From positions 230,492 to 294,491 of the IMG/VR virus record IMGVR_UViG_3300045988_171958: a DNA stretch of 64,000 nt; one strand, 5' to 3'. This document shows positions 24,446 through 34,800 of this stretch, one piece after another. The position numbers and the translations under genes were made by a program. The notes under the pieces are model-generated. The model had not been told where the DNA came from and did not search any database. It was given only the letters and a program-made list of their open reading frames with translations. Origin of the DNA: a virus. Every line of letters starts with the position of its first letter. The stretch's first letter is position 1.

Positions 24446-25564
24446 TTATTTTTTACTTTCATCACTTTCGATAATGAATGTTGTTTTATCATCTTTATCA
24501 GATTTTGCTATATTTTCATATTTAGTCATATTACCACTCCAAAGATAAGATATATCTTTAGATGTTGAACCAGTTCGGTTCAATACATAAGGTAAATTAT
24601 TCAACTTACTTACTGTTTTCAGTAAATAAGAAAGCTTTTTTAATATTGAAGCAGAATCTTCAAGTTTTTCTCCTTCATTCCAAACATAAGAAGTATTAGG
24701 AAATTCTGTTGATTTCCAATTTTTCAATTTATCTACTTCATCTAACAAATATTCAAATGATACAGGAATATATTCATAATTGTATTCATCATCATGTGTT
24801 ATGCTAGGATCCAAATATTTATTTACATTGCCAATCTGAGCTTTGTATGACAAAACACCTTTAGGACTAACTTTGTCCATTTTTCCAACAAAATATAATG
24901 GTCTTGGATTTGGACCACTTACTTTTTTACTAGCTCTAATAAAATATGTTGTTTTATCATAATCAATAACTATTGGTGTATATGTATAACCAATTGTTTC
25001 TACATATTTACCAAGGTCACTAAATTGTGTACTGAAATTTTTAGATAGTGTAAGTGATCTTGAATGACAATAATCTCGATATCTTGATGGAATATCTGAA
25101 CTGATATCAAAATAATTCTTATCAATATCATTAAATGGTGGAGTCAATGCAACTGGTATACCATAAGCATCTGTAGCTACTAAGTCAAATTCACCAGTAT
25201 CTTTATATGCATTAGATGAAGTATATACATAAGTGTAAGCGTTATTGTACAATTGTGTATCCCCATAACTATACTGTCCATTATTATCTCTATCTATATA
25301 AGCAACATTAGCAATGTAATTGTAAGTTGTATATTCATCAGGTATTTGAGGGGCACATATCATGAATGAGTTTGCAATCTTAGTACCCATTCCATTATTT
25401 GTAGCAGTTGTAGTACCATTTCCACCTGTATCTGAACTTCCAGTACGATATATCTTATCTAATGATGATAGCAACTTAAACGGAGCATTTGTCACTATTA
25501 CATTAAAGTCCTTACCTGTTTGGGCTAAATTTCCTATATGTGAAGATACTAAATTATTATCCAT
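24446..25564 (-). CDS. fibre/receptor-binding-type structural protein
   Basis: 372 aa, last gene of the long minus-strand operon, Asn/Tyr/Thr-rich. Its C-terminal YLWSGN...TTFIIESD motif is shared with the C-terminus of ORF 30997. Confidence 0.5.
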   Translation of the reverse strand: MDNNLVSSHIGNLAQTGKDFNVIVTNAPFKLLSSLDKIYRTGSSDTGGNGTTTATNNGMGTKIANSFMICAPQIPDEYTTYNYIANVAYIDRDNNGQYSYGDTQLYNNAYTYVYTSSNAYKDTGEFDLVATDAYGIPVALTPPFNDIDKNYFDISSDIPSRYRDYCHSRSLTLSKNFSTQFSDLGKYVETIGYTYTPIVIDYDKTTYFIRASKKVSGPNPRPLYFVGKMDKVSPKGVLSYKAQIGNVNKYLDPSITHDDEYNYEYIPVSFEYLLDEVDKLKNWKSTEFPNTSYVWNEGEKLEDSASILKKLSYLLKTVSKLNNLPYVLNRTGSTSKDISYLWSGNMTKYENIAKSDKDDKTTFIIESDESKK

Positions 25565-25570
25565 TTTGAT

Positions 25571-26350
25571 TTATTCTTTTGTGATTGATTCTCTATCAGA
25601 AGATTTGTTACCTAATGATTTTGGATGTAAACAAACATCTTGTTTGAATTTACCAATTATACTATCATTCCTAGATTCAGTTCTTTCATCAATTTGAGGA
25701 TATGATGTTGATAATTTAAGGGAAAACTCTATTGATTTCTGATTAGTATCAGAACTAGTCATATCTATCTTATTGATTTGTATAGATTGTTCTGTTGGCC
25801 AATCTAAAGAACATTTTATTGTTTGTCCTAAATAAGTTATTCTGAAGTATTTGTTGAATACTAACTTATCAATTATTTCTTGCAACAATACTACAGATTC
25901 ATTGAAATTAGATAGAACATATCTTAGCTTTAATGTTACTTCTAATGGTAATCGACGCATTTCTGCATTCATACCAACTATTTCATTTCCAACTATTCTT
26001 TCATAAACACCTCTAACATAAGGTTGTGTAAGCTCTTCTAATGGTATGCTTACATTATCCATTTCAACAATACATCTTGGCATTTTCATATAAATCTGGT
26101 CTTCTCCAGATACTTCATTCAAACTATATTTATATCCATTGCTTTCTATATACATATAAGAAGATCCTGTGTTGAATATGAAATGATTGATAGGTTTATC
26201 ATATAACACTATATTTCTAGTAAGCCAAGATAAGGCACCCTTTATCAATATTGAGAAGAATCGTTCATCTCTATCAAAGAGATTGTCAAATTTCTCAACA
26301 TTCCAAGGATGTTTCCATTTTTCTGTGGTTTTGTTAACTAGATTCTGCAT
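25571..26350 (-). CDS. virion structural protein (baseplate/tail, unassigned)
   Basis: 259-aa ORF tightly packed in the structural operon. No motif recognised. Confidence 0.5.
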   Translation of the reverse strand: MQNLVNKTTEKWKHPWNVEKFDNLFDRDERFFSILIKGALSWLTRNIVLYDKPINHFIFNTGSSYMYIESNGYKYSLNEVSGEDQIYMKMPRCIVEMDNVSIPLEELTQPYVRGVYERIVGNEIVGMNAEMRRLPLEVTLKLRYVLSNFNESVVLLQEIIDKLVFNKYFRITYLGQTIKCSLDWPTEQSIQINKIDMTSSDTNQKSIEFSLKLSTSYPQIDERTESRNDSIIGKFKQDVCLHPKSLGNKSSDRESITKE

Positions 26351-26437
26351 ATTTAAAAATAGAAATGTTTATGAACTTATTTCACACATATTCTATATTT
26401 ACTATAAATGATAGAATAAACATATACAATAACTATA

Positions 26438-26851
26438 ATGTTTACAAAAGAAGAAATAAAGAATGCCGCACAAAATATAGTAAATCTTTCTAATGAAGAT
26501 CCAGAAGAAATCTATGTTACCAAGTGGAATATTGAAAACAAGTTAAAAGAAAAAGATCCATCATATACAAAGAAGACATTAGCAAAGTTTATTAGTGACT
26601 TGCATTTTGGAAAATTTATCTTTGTACATAATGGATCTAGCTTACCATTTTCTATATATGAAGGTTATATGTTTGTTGCAACAGAATCAAATGATTTTAC
26701 ATATTTTATAAATTCACTATCAAAATTAGATTATGATCTGAATAATTTACAAAAATATGACTATATGAAATTACTTGATTCAACACCTTATGATAGTGAC
26801 TATTTCTTGATAGATGGTGTATTGATGATTTCAGACAGATTAAAATTGTAA
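26438..26851 (+). CDS. hypothetical protein, plus-strand island inside the structural operon
   Basis: 137-aa ORF with an upstream TTCTATATTT box (26391). Its 3' end overlaps the convergent gene 26840 by 12 nt. Confidence 0.5.
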   Translation: MFTKEEIKNAAQNIVNLSNEDPEEIYVTKWNIENKLKEKDPSYTKKTLAKFISDLHFGKFIFVHNGSSLPFSIYEGYMFVATESNDFTYFINSLSKLDYDLNNLQKYDYMKLLDSTPYDSDYFLIDGVLMISDRLKL

Positions 26852-28303
26852 GAAATTCTTAACACCATTTTTCCAAAGGTCTTTGTAAGCTTTCTTAGCA
26901 TTTTTACCAATACTTTTGAATGTTGAACCAACATTAGCTGCTTCACCATAAAGGTTACCAAGACCTGCACTACCATCGATAAGCATCATAGCAGCAGATA
27001 TAGTAGATTCTGATGCATCAACTAACGTCTTATAAGTTTGACTTGCAGGATTGTAATAGTATTTATTATCTATTGCATACTGCATCATCTTATGACGTTT
27101 GTTTTCATGGTCATCAGATTCAGGATTTGTAGTACCACCAGAATTAATTCCATTCACATTTACATCACCCAAATTAACTGTATTAGGATCTTTATCAAGG
27201 TGTTTTTCACGATTATCTATATCAGGGTCACCTTTCTTTCCACTCAACACATAACTACTAATTCCATTTTGACTCCATAAGAATCCAGAATCACCAAACA
27301 ATACTTTTGCAAATTCATTTTGATTATGTTGGTATACACGATCATATTTTATCTTGAACGTTGGGGTAGATTGGAATGGAGTCTGATTTGAAAATGATTG
27401 TGGAAGCATTGTATTTAAAGTAGAATAATCTATTTCACAACCCTGAAAAGAAAACAATTTGAATGACATTCTATCCGTCATGTTAGCACTATTGAGATTC
27501 TTATATACAGTTGTTCTTCCTTTCAAATCTCTGGTAGAAGTTTGCAGATATCTTATTGGGGATTGAAATACAACAACATCTAAATCAAATTTTCTTAGAT
27601 TTTCTGGTAATATTTCTTTTTGGTTTATAGCATCATAAGCTGCATATTTATAGAAATCCATTAAAGTAAGTAAACGTAAATCAGTTGCTTCTTCTGAACA
27701 TTCTATTTCTATAGATTTTTCTGCTGTCAGATTATCTAAATTCATATTCAAAGCATTATTTACATCTTTTACTGATTTGAAGAACCAAGGAGCATTAGAA
27801 GATATGTAGCTTAATGATCGTACAAACTTTATCAAAGACTTTTTTCTAGCCATCATATTATCATTATATTTATAAAAATTTCTATCAAGATATTGTATAG
27901 CAGTGTTGTTTGCTGCAAATTTCTTACCATTAGAAGATTGCATAATACCACCTAACAAACCATAAGATGTATCAAACTTAAAGAATAATTTAAAGTATAG
28001 CCAAGCTGGTTGAGTTGCAATAGAATCTAATCCTTTCTGAAAACTTACTCGTTCATTTATGAAATCTTTATAACCCCAAGCAGGAACATCAAGTAATGTT
28101 TGATCAGTATTAGCGTCTCTAGAAGATATAGTGCCAGAGCCATCATATTCCACTTGCTCATCAGGTACAACTTTGTTTGCTTTTAATGGACCTTTATAAT
28201 CTAAAGTATTTTGCTGAGGTTTTTTTTCATATCCATCAGAACCATTCCCAGTAGATGAAACACCTTTACCTAATCCTCCTAATAATTTTGATAGAATTGA
28301 CAT
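26840..28303 (-). CDS. virion structural protein (unassigned)
   Basis: 487-aa ORF with Gly-rich N-terminus. No motif I can assign. I considered the major capsid protein but cannot support it. Confidence 0.5.
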   Translation of the reverse strand: MSILSKLLGGLGKGVSSTGNGSDGYEKKPQQNTLDYKGPLKANKVVPDEQVEYDGSGTISSRDANTDQTLLDVPAWGYKDFINERVSFQKGLDSIATQPAWLYFKLFFKFDTSYGLLGGIMQSSNGKKFAANNTAIQYLDRNFYKYNDNMMARKKSLIKFVRSLSYISSNAPWFFKSVKDVNNALNMNLDNLTAEKSIEIECSEEATDLRLLTLMDFYKYAAYDAINQKEILPENLRKFDLDVVVFQSPIRYLQTSTRDLKGRTTVYKNLNSANMTDRMSFKLFSFQGCEIDYSTLNTMLPQSFSNQTPFQSTPTFKIKYDRVYQHNQNEFAKVLFGDSGFLWSQNGISSYVLSGKKGDPDIDNREKHLDKDPNTVNLGDVNVNGINSGGTTNPESDDHENKRHKMMQYAIDNKYYYNPASQTYKTLVDASESTISAAMMLIDGSAGLGNLYGEAANVGSTFKSIGKNAKKAYKDLWKNGVKNFLQF

Positions 28304-28321
28304 GATTTTAATTTTATTTAT

Positions 28322-28840
28322 TTATTGATTTGAAAGATAAGTAAATGTTCCTGATAATGTGCAATCCAATGACATATTTGTATTGCCATTTATTCTTGAG
28401 AATGGAACTTCAAATTCTACTTGGGTAAATTTTGACTTCATCTTAACGATACCTAATACATAATTGATACTTACTATTTCAGCATCTTTTAAAGTATCTT
28501 CATCTATCATCAAGTCGGTATATGATTCTGAGTTTTTCTTAGAAAACTGTACTACTTTATCCCAGTATTCTTTTATATTTACTATCTTCTTTTCAAATGG
28601 ATATTCTTTAGAAGTAAGCATAATACGAGGAGATGTTTTCCAATTCTTATCTTTAATTGGTTTAATATCCCATCTATAGTATCTCTGATGATCCGTTAAA
28701 AAATCAGAAATTGATTTTTTCAACATTTGGTTGTAAATATCATTAACTTTATCATTTATGTAATCAGAAGTTGAAACTAAAGTATCATCAGATACTATTA
28801 TTTGCTTATATATTTCAGAAGAATTGTTTATGTTTTTCAT
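28322..28840 (-). CDS. virion structural protein (unassigned)
   Basis: Start ATG 28840 (MKNINNSSE) is preferred because it abuts the upstream stop at 28842-28844. 172 aa. Confidence 0.5.
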   Translation of the reverse strand: MKNINNSSEIYKQIIVSDDTLVSTSDYINDKVNDIYNQMLKKSISDFLTDHQRYYRWDIKPIKDKNWKTSPRIMLTSKEYPFEKKIVNIKEYWDKVVQFSKKNSESYTDLMIDEDTLKDAEIVSINYVLGIVKMKSKFTQVEFEVPFSRINGNTNMSLDCTLSGTFTYLSNQ

Positions 28841-28841
28841 T

Positions 28842-30446
28842 TTAAGTATTGTTATATGATTTAGGAACAGAATCACTGTTTATATAACCAGGTATAATAT
28901 CTCTTCTTATGAGGTATATTTTTTGAATGATTTCATGTTCTTCATTCTTTACATCATATTCAAATGACATACCATCAATATAATAAACACCAGATACGGA
29001 TAAGTTTATGAATCCAAGAGTTGAATCTTCAAACATTTTTTCCAATTCAACACTAGATGGGTTAGGCATTTCAGATTTATCTCCACTTAAATTATGCCAG
29101 TTTTGCCACATCTGTCGTTTACCTAATTCTGTATATTCAAATATTGCTAAATTTATGAGAGTTCCTCGTTGAAGACCGAAATTTGGCTTTGCCAACTTTA
29201 CTTCCAATGTCTTAGCTCTCATTTTCCTGAAATAATTGTCATGAATCATTTTTTGTTTCAGAACTGGAGTATTGTGATCTTCTGGGTCACCATATTCATA
29301 TCCAGAAAAAACAGTATTTCTAAATCGACATGCATTGTTTACTGTATCATTTACGGATGTTCCATGGAATTTCATATTAGTAGTATTGAGGGCATCATTT
29401 CCAGTTCCAGAAGTTGGAGAACCAATCGTGTATTCATTCATGTTTCCATGCTCCATTATATCTTTGTTGTTTACTCTCCACTTCCAAGATGATACAAGAT
29501 AGTTGCCAAGCTCAGGCATTCTCTTATAGTTAGTAAGCAATCGATGTGCCATACCATGTTGCATATCTTCTTTTATGTCATCATCTGTAAATCCAAGACC
29601 ACTAACAGGATGTATTCCAAGGTCATTTGGAGTTATCTTTTCGGTCATAACCCAAGAAAAGTTTACAACTACTAAATAACGATAAAGATCTACCCAACAA
29701 TCAAATACACTATTTTCATCTAATCCACCAAATGCAACATGTTTCTGTATAGCTTCTGTATAAGTTTCACTTCTTATTATTCTTGTCTTATCATCTTTTA
29801 TTTCTTTTACTTTATCTGTAGCGGCAAATCCCAAACCACATTCAGTAACTGCAACGTAATGTAAGAATTCATAAGTAGTAGGGTATTTGTTTGGACCAAG
29901 TTGACAGTATTTTGCAGAACATCCTGGAGTTGGCCAAGGATTGAATGTAATTTGCTTTGTCATTTTTTGACGTAAAGACAACAAATGATATTCACCATAA
30001 TATACTATCTGATCAGCATGATATTCCACTTTACTAACATAGAAATCTATAGAAATAGGTTTGTAGGCACCATCAACAGAATCTGTCATTACTATAGTCA
30101 TATTAGAAGACATAGAAGCAGTTTCCATCAACTCTTCACTTTTTTCTTGTTGGGATATGATGACTTTACAAGTTGGAATAAACTTATCATAATCAATATG
30201 TACATATTTTATAGAATTTCTAAGAATTACTTTATTGTCTATTCTTATGATAGGTATTCTTGGACCTTCTAACTTTACAACATTTATTGGTTGATTATTT
30301 ATACCAAGTCCTGAAGATTTTATGTCTTGAGATTCATTGAATTTTACTACAGCGTTTTTCTTAACTGATGGATCATGCCTTACTATTGGGTCCAATTTAT
30401 TTACATTTGGACTCAATGGTTGATATAGCTCTTTCAAATCTTCCAT
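28842..30446 (-). CDS. candidate baseplate hub protein (gpD/gp27-like by position)
   Basis: 534 aa, immediately downstream of the LysM/gpX-like gene as in P2 X-D. The N-terminal RIPIIRIDNKVILRNSIKYVHIDYD pattern is reminiscent of gpD. Weak. Confidence 0.35.
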   Translation of the reverse strand: MEDLKELYQPLSPNVNKLDPIVRHDPSVKKNAVVKFNESQDIKSSGLGINNQPINVVKLEGPRIPIIRIDNKVILRNSIKYVHIDYDKFIPTCKVIISQQEKSEELMETASMSSNMTIVMTDSVDGAYKPISIDFYVSKVEYHADQIVYYGEYHLLSLRQKMTKQITFNPWPTPGCSAKYCQLGPNKYPTTYEFLHYVAVTECGLGFAATDKVKEIKDDKTRIIRSETYTEAIQKHVAFGGLDENSVFDCWVDLYRYLVVVNFSWVMTEKITPNDLGIHPVSGLGFTDDDIKEDMQHGMAHRLLTNYKRMPELGNYLVSSWKWRVNNKDIMEHGNMNEYTIGSPTSGTGNDALNTTNMKFHGTSVNDTVNNACRFRNTVFSGYEYGDPEDHNTPVLKQKMIHDNYFRKMRAKTLEVKLAKPNFGLQRGTLINLAIFEYTELGKRQMWQNWHNLSGDKSEMPNPSSVELEKMFEDSTLGFINLSVSGVYYIDGMSFEYDVKNEEHEIIQKIYLIRRDIIPGYINSDSVPKSYNNT

Positions 30447-30450
30447 AAAA

Positions 30451-30930
30451 TTAATAAATCAATAAATTTGTATCACCTACTTGTACATAATTATGGTCAA
30501 ATACTGTTGCTTCATTTGGTGATCGTTTTTCATCTTTATTCTTTTTGAATGTTTGTGTTCTATTAAGTAAAGATGAAGATGTAGAAGCTAGTCCATCCAT
30601 ATTGGTTTTTACAACTTTTGTAAATCTATCTATAAATTCAGGTTGTGGACATATCAAAACATTTCCTTCCATCAATTCAAAAGGATTTGATATTCCATTT
30701 ATCTTACATAATATATCAGCATATTCATCTGAATGATAAAGAACAAATGATATTAAATCTGGTCTAGCAATATATTCTTTTGATACTTCAACTATTGTAT
30801 ATGCATTCGAGAAATCAATAGTATCATCAAATGTCTTTACCAATAAATCCTTTACTCTTTCTATTGTACCATCAGAAAACTTGTATTCTAATTCAGGTTT
30901 TTGTTTTATCAATCCGTAATTAAGTGGCAT
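30451..30930 (-). CDS. LysM-domain tail/baseplate protein (P2 gpX-like)
   Basis: YTIVEVSKEYIARPDLISFVLYHSDEYADILCKINGISNPFELMEGNVLICP fits the LysM / tail protein X pattern. Confidence 0.5.
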   Translation of the reverse strand: MPLNYGLIKQKPELEYKFSDGTIERVKDLLVKTFDDTIDFSNAYTIVEVSKEYIARPDLISFVLYHSDEYADILCKINGISNPFELMEGNVLICPQPEFIDRFTKVVKTNMDGLASTSSSLLNRTQTFKKNKDEKRSPNEATVFDHNYVQVGDTNLLIY

Positions 30931-30961
30931 GTGTTAAAATTCATATCTCCTTATACAAAAA

Positions 30962-30992
30962 TAAAAAGAGGAATTCAGCTGAATTCCTCTTT
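30962..30992 (-). terminator. palindromic terminator
   Basis: AAAGAGGAATTCAGCTGAATTCCTCTTT, with a T run on the minus-strand transcript. Confidence 0.6.
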
Positions 30993-30996
30993 GATA

Positions 30997-31878
30997 TTAG
31001 TTTGATATAATGAATGTTGTATTTTCTGGTTTTGAGGTTAATAAATTGAATTCACCTAATGTACCTGTCCATAAATATGTCGCTTTATTTAAACCATCAT
31101 CCTTTTGTACACCATTTTCAACATAAATACCAGATCTCCACATTACTCTATTTTCAAGATTTTTTAATCTATTCATAATAGAATTGTATTGATCTGCGGT
31201 AACTATACCTGCTAATTCTGCATTTCCAACACCATTATTATCTTTATCATGTTTTATAGTAGTACCACTATTCAATACTGGTATGTTGATACTGCTATCA
31301 GGTTTGTCTCCATAATGGGTATATGATAATGTTACGGTACTTGCATTATTTGTATATTTGAATCCCTGTGTCCAACCAGTATAAGTATGATTGTCGGAAC
31401 CATCTACAGTAATGCTATGGATATTATCATAAACATTATCTTTATTCATATACTGGGTTGAACTAGCACCATCTTCATTTATCAATGATTTGATATTTGT
31501 CTTTGACCAGCCTGGTTTGTCGGTATTATGTGTTTTAAAATTACCACTGTTATCCCAATTTACCAACATATAATAACCTCTTTCAGGTTTATCTTCTACA
31601 TACCATAATTGTCCTATAGCATCTGATCCTTTTCCTGATTTATCTGCATAACACTCTTGAGATAATATGAATTTTGGTATCTTATATAAATCATTTAAAC
31701 TCTTAACAGTATGATGTCCAGCTACCCAATTCATATTAGTAATTGCTGTAGTGGTTTCATCAGATGGTACTAATTTAGCATTTCTATCCAAAAATGTTTC
31801 TTCTTTACCAACTATGGTTCCACTGGTACCATTTATTTTTTTAATGTCTAGATCTCTATTTGTTTCTATTCTTCCCAT
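30997..31878 (-). CDS. fibre-type structural protein
   Basis: 293 aa, following the giant fibre genes. C-terminus YLWTGTLGEFNLLTSKPENTTFIISN is shared with ORF 24446. Confidence 0.5.
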   Translation of the reverse strand: MGRIETNRDLDIKKINGTSGTIVGKEETFLDRNAKLVPSDETTTAITNMNWVAGHHTVKSLNDLYKIPKFILSQECYADKSGKGSDAIGQLWYVEDKPERGYYMLVNWDNSGNFKTHNTDKPGWSKTNIKSLINEDGASSTQYMNKDNVYDNIHSITVDGSDNHTYTGWTQGFKYTNNASTVTLSYTHYGDKPDSSINIPVLNSGTTIKHDKDNNGVGNAELAGIVTADQYNSIMNRLKNLENRVMWRSGIYVENGVQKDDGLNKATYLWTGTLGEFNLLTSKPENTTFIISN

Positions 31879-31889
31879 TATTAACCTAA

Positions 31890-34800
31890 TTAAGATATTG
31901 TTATTGACATATTAGCAGAACCAACATTAGACCTATATATATAATATTGTTGTGGTAATCCTGCTCCATTTATATATTTAAAGGTTTCAGTTTTTACTCC
32001 ATTTTTTTCAATTGTTACTTGTATAAATGATGAAGTAATAATTTCTACTCCGTTTTTCTTTATTTGAGATATTTTTCCCCAGTTTGTAGGAAATGCCATA
32101 AAGAAACAATGATTAGAATCAGACAAATAATCTATATTCCAATTTTTTGAATATATTGCTTTGCTATGCCTTCCTAAATGATTATTTTCGTCTATTTTTA
32201 CCACAGACTCTTTTTTGTCTTTTAAATTTCCAAGATTATTATATAATGCCTCATTTAATTCTTGCATTGTACATATACCATAAAATAATAATCTATATGT
32301 GGACCAATTAACAAAACAAGATGTGTTATCTTCACCAGACGCAGGAACAATAGAACCTAAGTGTTTAGTACCATCTGAACTTGCAGCATAATCATCAGGA
32401 TATCCGGAAATGATAAGACCGCGTTTCTTTGCGAAAATAGTTTGATAACATACTTCTCCACCACCTCCGTTTAATATTGGTGATGACCAAACATCAGAAT
32501 TAGTATTTACTGCAGGTAATTTTTTATCCCATGCACCATCACATCTTTCTGGTTCCTTTTGATTATCTACAGTCCATTTCCATGTACCAGACCATTTTGG
32601 TCTGAAACCATATTCTATCTGTAAATTAGTAATATTATTTGATTTATGTACAATATTTGCTAATTTATAACTAGTTATACCATCATTTTTAAATACTTGC
32701 CATGAACCAGTTGAAATTTGTATTCCTGCAATCTGTTTGTCACCTTCCCATATAGAGTCAAGTCTGGCCTTATCTCTTGCCGACATAAGGCCTGCTATAC
32801 CAGAATTATCATTTTCTAATGCACCTGGGATTGCTTGTGGTAATACTAAAGTATAAGTATTATTTAACCAAACATTATGTTTTTCAACATTATTATCTAT
32901 ATAAGTTTGTTTAAATACTTGTGTAGTATAATGTAATGTATAGCTTACTGGTGTATAAGTGAATGGATCTATAGACTTTGTAAAATAAGTACCAGTACCA
33001 AAAGTATCGAACTTATCATTCATAGTATTATACAAATAAGTATAGCTATTTCTGTACATATTATATGTTACAACAGTTGACCATGACTTATGGTTGATCT
33101 CCTTATCATCCTTATAAATACCAGGATCATAATCATGAGCATACACATAAGTATCATTACTAAAATAACCTACACCATTTTTTCCATCTTCAGTCTCACT
33201 TTGACCAATCCAGAATGCATTCTTTCTACTAATTTGCGGTTTTCCTTCATCATCTTTATAAGGACCTACTCCAATACCAACGGCAAAGTAACTTTTTTTA
33301 TCTTCATTATATTTACCAACAGTGGTATTTGTATATGATGAAACTTTTATTCCTTGTCCTAAACCTATACTATAGTTACCATTAATGACTGTATTTGTCT
33401 TATCTCCTATATAAGCATGTACAGTTTCTATATAAGCACTTCTTGTATGTAATCTAGTATCATGAGTATCATCCGTATAAGCATTAATATTACCTGATAC
33501 AACTTGTGTTATTTTTTCTCCAGTTATTTTTTCAGTTTTTCCTCCTGAACTTACAATCAAGCTATCATGCTTACCTACTGTAACAGATCTTTCATTAGTT
33601 ATAGATTCAGTATGTACTCCACCTGTAGTTATATTTACATTAGCTTCGTTAGTTACATTAACATTATTTGCCGTTATATTAGTTCTAATACCTTTGACTA
33701 TATCATCCTTATTAGATGAAGTATATGCATAAGATGTACCGTATGTAATTATCTTAACTTCAGATTGTTGTTCAACATCTTGTTTTTTATCATTTTTTAC
33801 AATTGTTCCATTAGTTATATTGACATTACCAACTGTTATATTAGTTCTAATACCTTTGACTATATCATCCTTATTAGATGAAGTATATGCATAAGATGTA
33901 CCGTATGTAATTATCTTAACTTCAGATTGTTGTTCAACATCTTGTTTTTTATCATTTTTTACAATTGTTCCATTAGTTATATTGACATTACCAACTGTGG
34001 CAATTTCTCTATTACCTTCTGTCGTATTTGTTATGTTACCATGAACATAAATATAAGAATTTTCATAAGTATAACTAGTATAATTATCCTTATTGATTTT
34101 TGTTACGGCCCCAGTAATATCTTCAGTAAGTGTTCCTTTAGCCGTTACAGACTTATTACCAATATTTTCATCATATTTTGTACTTGCATTAAGACTTATA
34201 CTTGGAGAAGTCAAATCTCCTTTAGTAGTAGAAGTTACATAGAAATTAGTACCTTTATTTCCTTCTTGATCTTTACCTATGAAAGTATTTTTAGCACCCT
34301 TAAAATATGCATCTGTACTAGACTTAATACATAATTCATTAGTTACATGAATATGAGTTTTATTTAAGTCTAAATTAGTACTACCAGATGTTATGTTTAA
34401 AGAGCCTGTATTTAAATTAGTATTTCCTGTAACTTTTATAGTTGAATTTCCTGTTACATTTTCATTATTTGTATTAGTTGTCTTATTTGATATAGTACTA
34501 TTTTCATTTATAGTATTACCTTTTATAGTTGTTGTAGCAGAAGTACCACCATGAACAGGTTGCCCAATATAAGTATGTCTTCTACCATATACATAAGATA
34601 CATCAGAACTTATATCAACATAAGTACCATCTTTTGTTGCATCACCATGAATACATATTTTGGGAGCAGATAAATATACACTATTATCTGATCTTTCAGT
34701 TATAGATCCATTTACAAAAGTCTCTAAAGCTTTATTTACATAAACATAATTACCATCATAAGCATAACATGACTTAAATCCACTAACAGTAGAAATAAAT

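Noticed and set aside
26840-28303. Calling the 487-aa ORF the major capsid protein, and 46198/42708 as gp6/gp7 homologues, on the basis of size.
   Set aside because: There is no sequence resemblance to T4 gp23, gp6 or gp7 as far as I can recall them. Size and position alone are insufficient. They are left as unassigned structural proteins.
33673-33996. The 162-bp duplicated pair as a template/variable repeat pair of a diversity-generating retroelement.
   Set aside because: The copies are identical, so there are no adenine-specific differences. They are tandem and in frame, and no reverse transcriptase is visible in the window.
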